Assembly: GCA_963745035.1 (NCBI GenBank)
Contig: CAVUVW010000013.1
Coordinates: forward strand, 1,760,001 to 1,824,000
Direction: 5' to 3'
Length of the DNA stretch: 64,000 nt
From: an uncultured delta proteobacterium
Lineage (GTDB): Bacteria; Desulfobacterota; Binatia; UBA9968
Part shown: positions 9,496-20,034 of the stretch, in pieces
How positions within the stretch are numbered: the first letter of the stretch is position 1
Layout: the number at the start of each line of letters is the position of its first letter
Notes under the pieces: generated by a model
Databases searched by the model: none
Told to the model about the DNA's origin: nothing
What the model saw: only the letters and a program-made list of their open reading frames with translations
Made by a program: the position numbers and the translations under genes

Positions 9496-11706
9496 TTATG
9501 TGATAGCGTTCGCGAGTTCACGGTAACGACACAATCCGTTCGCCAATTTCATCTGGCGTGGAGTGGAACAATTCGGCGCGAACAGGTGTGGGCTCGCGAC
9601 AAGAATTACCGCGCACTGAGCGCGTGATGTAGCGACGTTCAGGCGATTAAGGCTGTAGAGAAATTCAAGGCCGCGCGGCGCTTCTTCCGGACGGGACGTC
9701 GCCATCGAGTAGATCACAACCGGGGCCTGCTGCCCTTGAAACCTATCCACTGTCCCGACCTGGACCCCTATCGGCTTCAGCCGGTCGGAGAGGCGACTCA
9801 CCTGCGCATTATAAGGCGCGACCACGAGAATATCGGCAGCGGTCAGCTGCTTCGCGACCTCGTTCTCATCGATCCACTGGATGCCCGGCGCCGTTAACGT
9901 GGCGACCAGGTCCGCCACTGCCTCAACTTCTTCCTCAGAAGCATTTCGATTACCCTCGTGCTCCACCTCTTGTATCCACAAGCCGCTACCGGTGAATCGA
10001 CCGCCAGTGATCTGCTGGTTTTCCAATCCAGGCTTCGATGTCAGGCGCCGTTCGTAGAAAACCTCTGATGTGAAGACGCTAATGCTCGGCGCGAGTCGCC
10101 AGGTAACCGGCAAAAAGATCCCGCAGTCCGCCGGGACGGTTTGGTTTGCCCCAATGATGTGCTGCAATGCGGAGATATTTACCCCGTCGGGGTGGCTGCC
10201 CTTTTTCGGCTGTTCGAGCTGTTGCGGATCGCCAAGCAGTACAAGGCTTTCTGCTGCGTTGGCGACTGCCAGCACATTAGCCAGCGACATCTGTCCCGCC
10301 TCGTCTACGAACAGCACGTCCACCGCCCGAGCAAAGTCCTGCTTTGCCCAAAGCCACGCGGTTCCGCCAAGAACGTTCACCGATCCACTTTGAAGCAGTC
10401 TCAAGGCCTCTGCATTGTCATCGACTTCAACTACTCCGCCAGCGCTATTTTGCTCAGATTCGCTGCCATCGCCGACTTTTTGCCCCAGTTTAATAACGAT
10501 GCCGTCCGTCCCCGCCATCTTAGCGGTATCATCCAACAACTTTTGAATGACTTTATGGCTCGTTGCAGTTACACCCACGCGCTTCCCTTGCTGCACGAGC
10601 GCGCAAATCATTCGAGCACCGGTGAACGTTTTTCCGGCACCGGGCGGACCTTGAATAGCCAAAACCGTGTTGTCGAGTTCGTTTGCGATCCTGACCGCGA
10701 ACTCCACCGCCGATTCTCCAACGCGAGGAGCGAACGGAATCCTTCGCAGCGTCGGAGACTCGGCACGCAGCAGCCGCTGAGCAAGTGTTGGACAGGTGCC
10801 AACAGCAACCGCCTCCCCAACGCGAAAGATGGCGTCCTCCAAAACCTCGCTCGGTACATGGGTGTGCGCAAAAAGCGCCGTTGGATGCGTGTCAGCCTGT
10901 TTCTTTCCTTTCTTGATATCTAGAGTCCGCGCGAGCCGATCTGCCGCAATGATCTCGCCAAACTTCGAGCCATCGGTCAGTTTCACATCGTCACGGGCGC
11001 GAATCTCGATTTCCTGGGGCGGGTAGCGGTACCGATCGGTCATCGGACCGGTCGGTTTCCCGGTGTTCTTATGGCGTGCGATCTCTACGCGCTCGACAAA
11101 CTCGAGGCCCGCAACCGCGCTAGATTCATCGAAGAGATCTTCCTCGGGCATATCGCGCAGGCGAAAATACTCCCACCAGTTGGCCTTCTCTTCTCGGCGG
11201 TGCCAGTCGAGCAAATACGCAACTCGCCATCGCGCCCACTCGTCCGGCATGCGTTCCGAACCTTCCAGAGGTACATCGACAAGCAATTGCTCACGCAATG
11301 CCGCGACGCGACGTTCCCGTTCGCTCACCGACTCAGAGGCTTCGGTTTCTTTTGGCGCCGGTCGGGGTATATCGATGCCCTGCTCCGTGAGCGCTTGCCG
11401 CTGCTTTTCGAGCCAGTCCCGCAGACGCAGCGCCGATAAACAGTCTTCCCGGTTGTAGCCCTCAACTGCAGCCCGGACCTCTGGTGTTACGACGTCGAGC
11501 CGACCAAGTTCCAGTGCCTGCTCCATGATCCGCAGGCTGCGGCTTGCATCCAACAAGTCGACACTGCGCGTCAAGCCGTAGAACGGCTCCATGTTCTTGA
11601 TCGAGTAGCGCTCGACGCCGGCGCGTAGACCTTGCCGGACGATACGGTAGAGGTCGACAAATCGCTCGCCTCGGAGCAAACGATCGATGTCTTGTTCTCG
11701 GATCGC
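9496..11706 (-). pseudogene. C-terminal part of a TM0106-family RecB-like nuclease / SF1 helicase (N-terminus missing)
   Basis: FVDLY...YSIKNMEPFYG...YNREDC RNase H-like tail; QGPPGAGKT, VDEAGQ, GDPQQL, TVDRFQGQ, RLNVATSRA helicase motifs. Confidence 0.82.
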
Positions 11707-12419
11707 GAGTATTCCTTCACGGCGGCCTCGCTGAGTTCATCCGCAATCTCAAGATAGTTAAAAACTGGCGTCTCGCCTTTTGAATACCAAAGTATCGTGT
11801 CGTGTATCCGGCCGTACCGATTGACCGCGTCGTTGTGCGGGTCGTGTCTCTGCCACGCGATCTCGCTCTGGAACCGGTGATCACCGAAGACCTCATCCAG
11901 AACAGCCCGGATGTAATGAGCCTTGCGCCAGTCTAGGTGCAAGTAGATTGAACCATCGTCTGCCAGCAGCTCATAAATCAGGATCAATCGCTTCCGCAGG
12001 AACTCGATATAGTTCGCCCCAGCGATCTTGTCTTGGTATGCCTTCTGTTCCGTGCTGCCTCGAAACTCTTGTTTAGTCGAGAATGGAGGATCGATATAGA
12101 CGAGGCGCACACCCTCTGTCCCATCCTCGTTAACGAGCCTGCCAGCTTTCTTCTCTTCTAAAAGGCTCTTGAGAACTTGGATGTTGTCGCCAAATATCAG
12201 GCGGTTCACCGATTCACCGTCGTTCTTTCCGAACGTGCGAATCTTCTGAAGCGGAATGGCAAGGGTATTGGCAATGATGTCCTCTTTGCGCTCCTTTCCG
12301 TGATAAACGAGCTCGTATTCTCGCTTCTCCGGCGGGAATAGGATGCGCGCCCACTCGGGCGAAAGCTCCTCGCCTTGTTGCAATCGGCGGATGATTTCCT
12401 GGCGTTGTTCTTCGTTCAT
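11707..12419 (-). pseudogene. Site-specific DNA methyltransferase (N6/N4 family), 3'-truncated
   Basis: NRLIFGDN, VYIDPPF, LLADDGSIYLHLD; SAM-binding FxGxG half absent; runs into the helicase sequence. Confidence 0.82.
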
Positions 12420-12420
12420 G

Positions 12421-13191
12421 TCAGTTAGTCTTCTCGAAAATCTTAGCGCGCCATCCCGATTCGCTCGGAGCGAGGCAAAGCAATTCCAATTCGCCCAGCA
12501 ATCCGCTATCGGCGAAGCTAAAGGTGGACTCTTCGCCGACAATCACATGGTCGAGCACCTTCAATCCAAGCGGCCGGCTGGCGGCTATCAAATCCTGAGT
12601 CAGCATCCGATCCGACTCGCTGGGCTCTGCCACGCCGGATGGATGATTGTGCGCAGCGATCAGCGCCGAGGCGTTCACCTGCAACGCCCGCGCGACAATA
12701 TTCCGCAGCGATGGCCTGACAGCGTCCACTGAACCCTGGGCGATGAGCGCGTCGTCCAACAGCGCATTGCGCCGGTTTAGGTAGAGTACTCGGAACTGCT
12801 CCTCTGCCAGACCGCGCAGCCGCTCGCGCAAATATTCTGCCGCCGTCGCCGTGCTCTTCATCACCAAATGTCCACGCTGTGCGGGTATCGAAACACGCCT
12901 TGCAATTTCCATCGCCGCAATTAACTGGGCCGCCTTTGCGCCCTTCAGTCCCTTGATCTCCAACAACGCGATGACCGGAGCTTCCACCATCGTCCGAAGC
13001 GAGCCGAACTCCTTCAACAACTGCCGCGACATCTCAACTGCGTTTGTGCCTTTGTAGCCAACTCGGAGTAATATGGCGAGAAGTTCCGCATCAGAGAGCG
13101 CCTGCGCACCCTTCGACAGAAGCCGCTCTCGAGGCCGGTCCTCTTGCGGCCACGATGCAATACCAAGCTTCTTTGTTTTCGATGCGCGCAT
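12421..13191 (-). CDS. radC: RadC / JAB-domain protein
   Basis: DRPRERLL...LSDAELLAILL; AHNHPSG...PSESD...LDHVIVG. Confidence 0.93.
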   Translation of the reverse strand: MRASKTKKLGIASWPQEDRPRERLLSKGAQALSDAELLAILLRVGYKGTNAVEMSRQLLKEFGSLRTMVEAPVIALLEIKGLKGAKAAQLIAAMEIARRVSIPAQRGHLVMKSTATAAEYLRERLRGLAEEQFRVLYLNRRNALLDDALIAQGSVDAVRPSLRNIVARALQVNASALIAAHNHPSGVAEPSESDRMLTQDLIAASRPLGLKVLDHVIVGEESTFSFADSGLLGELELLCLAPSESGWRAKIFEKTN

Positions 13192-13569
13192 TCAGCTAGC
13201 TCCAATGAATACTTGACTGTGTTCTCGCATGAGATGGGAAGTAGTCCGGATCGGACTCTTACCTCTCGAGATTTATTTCAGATTGTAATTTTCCGTCATG
13301 ACTAAAAACGTTCTTCCGCCCAATAAGAATTGGCATCGCAAAATTTAGGTCAAAGAACATTGTTTCCTTCCCTGGGTGGCACTGCTCTGCGCGATGTTTC
13401 AAATTATTAATCACGGCGTATCTTGCACGATGGCAAGACGCTCTCTTCTCTCCTACCGAAGTTGGCCAAAATTCTTCGCAGTTTACTGGATTTGGCGGGT
13501 TTCGGGCAAGCGAAATGGCGGGTTCAGACGAGAAAGACCTATGGATCAGACTAGGAGACCGGGGAGAGC

Positions 13570-13812
13570 CGTGTTGTGATCCGTGATCGTGTGCGTGATT
13601 GCGGATCGAAGAATAGAATTGACGTACGACCCCGAGGTAAACGCTACCGCATACGAACCTTTTAATTTTCTGCGGCTGTGTGCAAATTCTTTACACTCCG
13701 TACCGCAATACCGTGATCGTGAACGGAGAAGTGCCGTGAGCGTGGGGAAAAAGGCCGTGTTCGTGGTTGTGGACGCGCTAGAGCAGTTCTAGCGTGATCG
13801 TGTTCGTGGTTC
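13570..13812. repeat. CGTG-family degenerate hexamer tract downstream of four-helix-bundle gene A1
   Basis: cgtgatcgtgtgcgtg, cgtgagcgtgg, cgtgttcgtggttgtgg, cgtgatcgtgttcgtg. Confidence 0.8.
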
Positions 13813-14163
13813 GCTTCCCAAGGACTGCGACAGCCGCGAAAGCATCTGAACCACCCGGTCATAGTCGGAGCGTAATTCGTGATACGTCTCTGGCGAAATG
13901 TAATTTAGATCGCGGGCGACAAGCGGCTGATAGCAGACTTCGCCCGCGGAGCCGCGCGCGATACCCACAAATTGGCGATACTCCTTGGTACCGAGCCTCA
14001 TAGCGCCTTCCATAAGGTTCATGCCGACTGAGATTGCGGCTCGCCGCATCTGATCGACTAGGCTATACATTTCCTCTCTCGGGAAGCTTTTCGTAACCGA
14101 ATAAATCTTCAGAGCCAGCTGATGAGCGAGTTTGAAAACATCCAAGTCTTCCACACTGTTCAT
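13789..14163 (-). CDS. Four-helix-bundle protein (TIGR02436/23S-IVP-like), subfamily A copy 1
   Basis: EDLDVFKLA...FPREEMYSLVDQMRRAAISV..NL.EG...ARGSAGE. Confidence 0.92.
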   Translation of the reverse strand: MNSVEDLDVFKLAHQLALKIYSVTKSFPREEMYSLVDQMRRAAISVGMNLMEGAMRLGTKEYRQFVGIARGSAGEVCYQPLVARDLNYISPETYHELRSDYDRVVQMLSRLSQSLGSEPRTRSR

Positions 14164-14182
14164 CCCCGTCCCTCCGAGAAGC

Positions 14183-14260
14183 CACGATCACGAACCACGA
14201 CCACGTTCTCCCCCACCGCCCTCCTGACCACGAGCACGTATCACGAACACGTTGGCACGG
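14183..14260. repeat. CACG-family tract upstream of gene A1 (inverted relative to the downstream tract)
   Basis: cacgatcacgaaccacgaccacgtt...cacgagcacgtatcacgaacacgttggcacgg. Confidence 0.85.
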
Positions 14261-14269
14261 CTACTGCGT

Positions 14270-14367
14270 GCCCGTTCAAAACGTTCAAGCCGTTCAATGG
14301 TTTCACTCCGTTCAAGCCGTTACTCGCTAACGGCTGTTCAACGGTTCAATCGTTCAGAAGTTCAACG
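14270..14367. repeat. CGTTCAA-family tandem tract preceding the palindrome
   Basis: about 8 degenerate (C/G)GTTCAA units. Confidence 0.8.
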
Positions 14368-14381
14368 TCAGATTCTCGGAC

Positions 14382-14432
14382 GGGAAACTTCCATGTTTCG
14401 AGAATTCTCGAAACGTCGAAATGTGAAGCCAG
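14382..14432. repeat. Conserved palindromic element, copy 1
   Basis: gggaaacttccatGTTTCGAGAATTCTCGAAACgtcgaaatgtgaagccag. Confidence 0.92.
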
Positions 14433-14499
14433 GCACGAGGTGGGAGGCAGCAGGCGCGAGCCGGGAACAATACTCGGGAAGGAACCTTGAACTGGACCT

Positions 14500-14754
14500 T
14501 TACCTGTACACTTCCCGCCGATGTCTTACACGAAAAATCCTCACACGCCTGCGCGCATCATCGATATCGTAGACGACTCGATAATCTCCGATTCGGATGC
14601 GCCAATCATTTCGCGAGCCGGTTAACTTGTGGCAACCGGGTGGGCGTGGATTTTCGGCGAGGGCGTTTATGCGGGAAACGATACGATTGAAGATAGTGTG
14701 AGGCAGCGCTCGAAGATCGCGTTCAGCGGTCCGCTCAATTAGAATCTCATACAC
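14500..14754 (-). CDS. RelE/ParE-family toxin
   Basis: ENPRPPGCHKLTG...WRIRIGDYRVVYDIDD...VRHRREVY. Confidence 0.92.
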   Translation of the reverse strand: MYEILIERTAERDLRALPHTIFNRIVSRINALAENPRPPGCHKLTGSRNDWRIRIGDYRVVYDIDDARRRVRIFRVRHRREVYR

Positions 14755-14953
14755 CCGCAGTGTCCTTCAGAAAGTCGGCAAACTTGCGGAATTTGAGCGG
14801 CCTTTTCCTCATTTCCTTGAGCGTCTTGAGATCCTCCGCATCCTCCGCGCGCTCGAGCAACTCGCGATACTCCTCAATACCGAGAATGACGGCGGTCGGC
14901 CTTCCTCTACGCATTACGATTTCGGGGTCCCTTCTTTTTCGCTTTGCTTTCAT
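14747..14953 (-). CDS. Phd/YefM-like antitoxin
   Basis: IVMRRGRPTAVILGIEEYRELLE; overlaps the toxin start. Confidence 0.8.
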   Translation of the reverse strand: MKAKRKRRDPEIVMRRGRPTAVILGIEEYRELLERAEDAEDLKTLKEMRKRPLKFRKFADFLKDTAGV

Positions 14954-15195
14954 GGTTTTCACCTTGTCTGTTTGGACGACAATATCATCCCCAAAAAGTC
15001 CCTTCAAATGGACGCCGTGACGCGCGACTCGTGAAGCCGAGACGTGATCGTGGTCTGATACCGTGAATCGTGGTCGTGAGTCGGATAATTGCCGTGAGCG
15101 TACCTTCCAAAGGATAAAGGCAAAAGGATAAGGGATAAATCCCGTGAGCGTGGGGAAAAAGGCCGTGTTCGTGGTTGTGGACGCGCTAGAGCAGT

Positions 15196-15273
15196 CTAGC
15201 GTGATCGTGTTCGTGGTTCGCTTCCCAAGGACTGGGACAGCCGCGAAAGCATCTGAACCACCCGGTCATAGTC
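15196..15273 (-). pseudogene. 3'-end-only fragment of four-helix-bundle subfamily A (same tail as copy A1)
   Basis: Nearly identical to 13789-13866 (DYDRVVQMLSRLSQSLGSEPRTRSR). Confidence 0.85.
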
Positions 15274-15309
15274 AGCGAAAACCGCCGTGAGCGTGATTCG
15301 TGATCGTGT

Positions 15310-15663
15310 CTACCGATTGAGACTCTGCGAGAGCTTGGACAGCATTTGGATGACCCGATCATAGCCCGAGCGCAATTCCTGATACGTTTCGTTAGAGATA
15401 TAATTTAGATCGCGGGCGACAAGCAGCTGATAGCAGACTTCGCCCGCGGAGCCGCGCGCGATACCCACAAATTGGCGATACTCCTTGGTACCGAGTCTCA
15501 TAGCGCCTTCCATAAGGTTCATGCCGACTGAGATTGCCGCTCGCCGCATCTGATCGACTAGGCTATACATTTCCTCTCTCGGGAAGCTTTTCGTAACCGA
15601 ATAAATCTTCAGAGCCAGCTGATGAGCGAGTTTGAAAACATCCAAGTCTTCCACACTGTTCAT
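15310..15663 (-). CDS. Four-helix-bundle protein, subfamily A copy 2
   Basis: Near-identical to A1 over the first ~87 codons, different C-terminal helix; CGTG tract downstream and CACG tract (15683-15760) upstream. Confidence 0.92.
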   Translation of the reverse strand: MNSVEDLDVFKLAHQLALKIYSVTKSFPREEMYSLVDQMRRAAISVGMNLMEGAMRLGTKEYRQFVGIARGSAGEVCYQLLVARDLNYISNETYQELRSGYDRVIQMLSKLSQSLNR

Positions 15664-15887
15664 CCCCGTCCCTCCGAGAAGCCACGATCACGAACCACGA
15701 CCACGTTCTCCCCCACCCCCTCCTGACCACGAGCACGTATCACGAACACGTTGGCACGGCTACTGCGTGCCCGTTCAAATCGTTCAAACGCTGCGCTCAT
15801 CCGAAACCTGAAACCCGTTCCAATTGTTCCAACGGTTCCATCGCTTCGCTACGTTCCAAACGTTTAAATCCCAAAGACTAAGAGAGA

Positions 15888-15940
15888 GGGGAACTTCGAC
15901 GTTTCGAGAATTCTCGAAACGTCGAAATGTTAAGTCAGGC
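15888..15940. repeat. Conserved palindromic element, copy 2 (perfect 32-bp palindrome 15895-15926)
   Basis: TTCGACGTTTCGAGAATTCTCGAAACGTCGAA. Confidence 0.93.
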
Positions 15941-16021
15941 ACGAACAACAGGCGTGAGGTCGGAAAGAAAGATACGTGTTCGTGATTTCCTTGATCGGGT
16001 GTTCAACAAAGATATTCTGTA

Positions 16022-16049
16022 TTGACACTTTAAATTATCATGATAATCT
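16022..16049 (+). promoter_or_regulatory. Sigma70-like promoter overlapped by a 14-bp palindrome
   Basis: TTGACA (16022-27), TAATCT (16044-49); ATTATCATGATAAT at 16034-16047. Confidence 0.5.
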
Positions 16050-16056
16050 AAACCGT

Positions 16057-17205
16057 GTGTTTAAGCGATCCTTATCGTTGCCGAAGGCCGGCATGGAGAG
16101 CTTCTTCCTCTGGGGACCGCGACAGACCGGCAAAACCACCCTGCTCAGGGCCGCCTACCCGGACGCCCTGTGGATCGATCTACTCAAGGCGGAGGAGTAC
16201 CGACGCTATCTGCAGAACCCGGAGCTGCTCCGTGCTGAGATCGCAGCGCAGAAATCCGTGCGCCATGTGGTCATCGACGAGGTCCAGAAGGTCCCGCCGC
16301 TCCTCGACGAAGCCCACTGGCTGCATGAAAACCGCGCCGTCCGCTTCGCTCTCTGCGGCTCGAGCGCGCGCAAGGTGAAACGCGGCCACGCCAATCTGTT
16401 GGGCGGACGGGCGGTGCGCTACGAGCTGCACGGCTTGACCGCTGTCGAGATCGGGCGTGAATTCGATCTGGAGCGCATGTTGAACCACGGCTATCTGCCG
16501 TCGATCTACTTGTCCGATCGTCCACAGCGCCTGCTCAATGCCTATGTGGCGGATTATTTGAAAGAAGAAGTCGCCGCGGAAGGGTTGGTTCGAAACCTTC
16601 CCGTATTCTCGGCCTTTCTCAACGCGGCTTCGCTCTCGGATACCGAGCTGGTCAATTTTTCCACCATCGCGCGCGACTGCGGTGTTTCCAGCGTGACGAT
16701 CCGCGGCTATTTCGAGATTCTCGAAGATACACTGTTGGGACGGTGGCTGCCGGCTTACGTCAAGCGTCCGAAACGGCGGGTCATCGCGGCGCCCAAGTTT
16801 TTCTTCGCCGACGTCGGCGTGGTCAACCACCTTGCCAAACGCGGCGAGCTACGGCCGAGATCGGAGCTCTACGGCAAGGCCTTCGAGAACTGGGTCTTTC
16901 ATGAGTTGACCGCGCATAACGCGTACGCCGAAGCCTTTGCCACGCTCGGTTATTGGCGCCTCGCCAGCGGCATCGAAGTCGATTTTATCGTCAATGACAT
17001 GCAGGTGGCGATCGAGGCCAAAGCCGCCGCCAACATTACTACCGATCATCTCAAAGGCCTCCGTTCCCTGGTGCAGGATCATCCGCGCATCAAGCAACGC
17101 CTGATCGTCTGCCTCGAACCCAAGCGCCGCCGCACCGAGGACGGCATTCTCGTCCTTCCCGCGTTGGAGTTTTCTCAGGTGCTCAAGAGCGGCGAGTTGT
17201 TCTAA
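16057..17205 (+). CDS. AAA+ ATPase (AAA_14) with DUF4143 C-terminal nuclease-like domain
   Basis: WGPRQTGKTT, VVIDEVQK, CGSSARK, PKFFFADVG, YWR...EVDFI...IEAK. Confidence 0.9.
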   Translation: MFKRSLSLPKAGMESFFLWGPRQTGKTTLLRAAYPDALWIDLLKAEEYRRYLQNPELLRAEIAAQKSVRHVVIDEVQKVPPLLDEAHWLHENRAVRFALCGSSARKVKRGHANLLGGRAVRYELHGLTAVEIGREFDLERMLNHGYLPSIYLSDRPQRLLNAYVADYLKEEVAAEGLVRNLPVFSAFLNAASLSDTELVNFSTIARDCGVSSVTIRGYFEILEDTLLGRWLPAYVKRPKRRVIAAPKFFFADVGVVNHLAKRGELRPRSELYGKAFENWVFHELTAHNAYAEAFATLGYWRLASGIEVDFIVNDMQVAIEAKAAANITTDHLKGLRSLVQDHPRIKQRLIVCLEPKRRRTEDGILVLPALEFSQVLKSGELF

Positions 17206-17414
17206 AAAGGATAAGGGATAAAGGCCGTGAGCGTGATTCGTGATCGTGAAAATGCCAGAGACGTGAGCGTGATCGGACAACTAACGCGATCGTGTTCCCA
17301 GCCGGAAAAACGCCGTGATCGTGTCTTGTCCTTCAGTGAGAACGACCGCGCTCGTGCTGGTGGACGTGATTCGTCCCGCTATGTGGAGCGTGATCGAGCT
17401 CAACAGACGCCCGC

Positions 17415-17457
17415 GGGGAAACTTCCACGTTTCGAGAATTCTCGAAACGTCGAAATG
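17415..17457. repeat. Conserved palindromic element, copy 3
   Basis: ACGTTTCGAGAATTCTCGAAACGT at 17427-17450; the ArsR gene stop follows at 17463. Confidence 0.93.
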
Positions 17458-17462
17458 AGGCC

Positions 17463-17763
17463 CTAGCCTAGACGGCTCGTCGAGTTGATGATCTTTTCAA
17501 GTGCCTTCAACAGCCCCCGAGTCTCGCTGCGGTGCTTGAGCCAGTAGCGAACGTTCTTCCCGTCGCTGTCGTATCTCACGATATCGGCGGCGCGCAGCTT
17601 GGCCAGATGTGTGCTGATGGTCTGCACCGAGCGGCCGGCAAGCTTGGCCAGAGCGCTCGGCGTCATCGCGTCCGCCCGCATCGAGCAAAACAACGAGCTG
17701 GTAAATCACCGGATTCCCAAGTAAACGGCAAAGCCGCGATTCGCGATAGTCGGGTTCGTCCAT
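17463..17763 (-). CDS. ArsR-like winged-HTH regulator (one frameshift, possibly a sequencing error)
   Basis: Two overlapping ORFs join to LCRLLGNP...TPSALAKLAGRSVQTISTHLAKLRAADIV. Confidence 0.78.
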
Positions 17764-17800
17764 CGCCAGCCATCTACGGCAAAACCGCCTCCGCTGTCAA

Positions 17801-17845
17801 TTCCACGTTTCGAGAATTCCCGAAACGTCGAAATGTGAAGTCAGG
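17801..17845. repeat. Conserved palindromic element, copy 4
   Basis: ttccacgtttcgagaattcccgaaacgtcgaaatgtgaagtcagg. Confidence 0.9.
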
Positions 17846-18077
17846 TATGAGGCAGGAGGCGGCAGGCAATAGTCAAAAAACTGGACCTCGGCCGTGTGCA
17901 GCTTTTCTTCGACCAGAAAGCCTATCCTCCTCGGTTCCGAGCACAGCGAGAAAGGACGTGTCGTGATCGTGCGGGACCAGCCGTTCGGGAGGGAGGACGA
18001 CGCTAATGGTGATCTGGGAACCTGCGGACAACTATCGCATCGTCGTAGGTAAAAAACGCCGAGTTTAGAAGCCAGCT

Positions 18078-18290
18078 CTATTTGCCGGCGGTTAACTCTG
18101 CTTCAAAAGGCCGCTCCTTGCGAAAACGGCTAACACCGAGAATGCTGAACCCGACTACTTGTCCATGTTCGTCGACTCGCTCCATCAACGCGTCGTGCGC
18201 AGTTTCGCGCATGAACCCCGGGGCATCGCTGAACCGTACCTCCAAAAAATCCCCTTCCGGATCGAACCAAACTTTCAGTTTTTCGGCCAT
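18078..18290 (-). CDS. DUF2283-like putative antitoxin
   Basis: KVWFDPEGDFLEVRFS...VDEHGQVVGFSI. Confidence 0.8.
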   Translation of the reverse strand: MAEKLKVWFDPEGDFLEVRFSDAPGFMRETAHDALMERVDEHGQVVGFSILGVSRFRKERPFEAELTAGK

Positions 18291-18586
18291 AGGATTTCTC
18301 CTGCTTTAACCGTATCCGTGATATATGCTGTAATCACGAAAGCGTCGTCCGGTAGATACTTTACCACTACACACAACCATTTCCCACCGACTTGGGTTTG
18401 CCTGTAAAACTCGTAGAAAAGCTTTACGTCGTCATCGGAGCGCGATCGCCGCACCTCGCTCGGTGTTTGCAATACTCGCTCAAGCTCATCCGCCATTACC
18501 GCCATTTCTACATGTTCCAAGATATGCGCGAGTCGCTCGTCAGTCAGCCGAACAGAAGTGCCAAAGCAATCTCGGATCACTTTCAT
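18275..18586 (-). CDS. DUF4258/RelE-like putative toxin
   Basis: VRLTDERLAHILEH...KWLCVVVKY...FVITAY; paired with DUF2283. Confidence 0.72.
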   Translation of the reverse strand: MKVIRDCFGTSVRLTDERLAHILEHVEMAVMADELERVLQTPSEVRRSRSDDDVKLFYEFYRQTQVGGKWLCVVVKYLPDDAFVITAYITDTVKAGEILWPKN

Positions 18587-18706
18587 AGACGGAAGATACG
18601 GCAGTGTGCCATGCGACGCAATAAAGTCGAGTGTGAAGGCCCATAGTTTTGAACTGGCCCGACGTGGCCGACAGAAGACCCGTAACTATGTCGTCGAAAT
18701 GAGAAA

Positions 18707-18967
18707 CTACTTCCCCAAACCCAGGCGCCGACGCAGTTCCCTGGCCGAGATGGCGCCTTCCTTTTTTACACGGCCTCTGGAAGTCTCTATGATCTTGAGA
18801 AACTTGCGGTTGGTGCTCAGCGCTAGAGTCTCTTCATCCGCGTTCCGTATCGGAATAACGGCCGCGAATGGTTTTCCCGCCTTGTAGACGACGACCGGAG
18901 CTTTTCTTGCTTTTGTGGCGTATTCGGAAAGGGGTCCTGACGCCTTTTTGAACTCTATTTTTGTCAT
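18707..18967 (-). CDS. Phd/YefM-like antitoxin
   Basis: PVVVYKAGKPFAAVIPI. Confidence 0.78.
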   Translation of the reverse strand: MTKIEFKKASGPLSEYATKARKAPVVVYKAGKPFAAVIPIRNADEETLALSTNRKFLKIIETSRGRVKKEGAISARELRRRLGLGK

Positions 18968-19263
18968 AGCTTTATTATTTCGCCGCCGATCCGTACGCGA
19001 TCTCTCTCTTTTACTCCGATTGCCAGAACGGTAACTGTCGGCCGGGGTTCGTCGCTGACTTCATAATACACTCTGAGATCGCCAATGCGAAGTTCCCAAG
19101 GAGCCACTGGATTCAGTCTCATCGGCTTTCTATTTCGGGTCTCCACGGTCGGCTGATTGGCCAGCTGCCGGTCCACAGCATCGACTACGCTTCGTTGCTG
19201 TCGAGTAGCAAGCCGCCGGAGATGGTCCTCTGCTTCCGGAGAATATTCAATGACGTAGGCCAA
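18964..19263 (-). CDS. RelE/ParE-family toxin
   Basis: IEYSPEAEDHL...RNRKPMR...WELRIGDLRVYYEV. Confidence 0.88.
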   Translation of the reverse strand: MAYVIEYSPEAEDHLRRLATRQQRSVVDAVDRQLANQPTVETRNRKPMRLNPVAPWELRIGDLRVYYEVSDEPRPTVTVLAIGVKERDRVRIGGEIIKL

Positions 19264-19628
19264 GCTATTGTCCTTGCGCCTTTTGGTGTCGCGTGATTTC
19301 GTCCGTAAAAACAATCAAGGCGTTGGTCGGATCGGATGACCGCGACAAAGTTCTTCGCAATTTAATGGATTGGACGGGTTTTGGGCAAGTGGGTTTGCAA
19401 AACGTGGGGCCGGAGTCGTGGAGCAACAGGCGTGAGGTGCGAAAGAAAGATGCCTGCGCGTGGTTCGTGATCGTGTCCGAGCCCGGGTCCGTTCAAGGCA
19501 TTCAAAGCGAACCCGGACGGGGCCTCCTTTAGTCGGACAGGGTAGCCCCGTTCCAGCCGTTCAACCGCTTCGCTCCGTTGAAAACGTTGCAGAGCAATGC
19601 GGTTCGAAGGTGCAAGGTAAGACAAGAC

Positions 19629-19647
19629 GGGAAACTTCCACGTTTTG
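19629..19647. repeat. Left half of the palindromic element fused to an AAGGATA tract
   Basis: gggaaacttccacgttttg|ttaaggataaagg. Confidence 0.7.
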
Positions 19648-19819
19648 TTAAGGATAAAGGCAGAAGGATAAAGGATGAGGCGATAAAAACCGTGAGCGTG
19701 GCGGAAAAGGCCGTGTTCGTGGATCGTGGGCGCGCTCGGACCAGTTGCTAAGCGGTTCAGTGGCCGACCGTTACTGTTAAAGACAGAGAACTCATACGTC
19801 GGAAAACGGCGTTGATCAG

Positions 19820-19859
19820 ACTTCCACCCTTCGAGAATTCTCGAAACGTCGAAATGTGA
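19820..19859. repeat. Conserved palindromic element, copy 5
   Basis: acttccacccttcgagaattctcgaaacgtcgaaatgtga. Confidence 0.88.
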
Positions 19860-20034
19860 CAGCCACGGCACGAGGTGGGAGGCAGCAGGCAATAGTCAGA
19901 AGAGGAACAACTGGAACTCGGGCCGTACGCGGCTCTTCTTCGACCAGAAAGCCTGTCTTTCCTTTCTTTGCCTCCGGCGGCGCCATTGAGCGGGCAAATC
20001 GCATCGATCTACGGGCTCGGATCGAATGCTTTGA

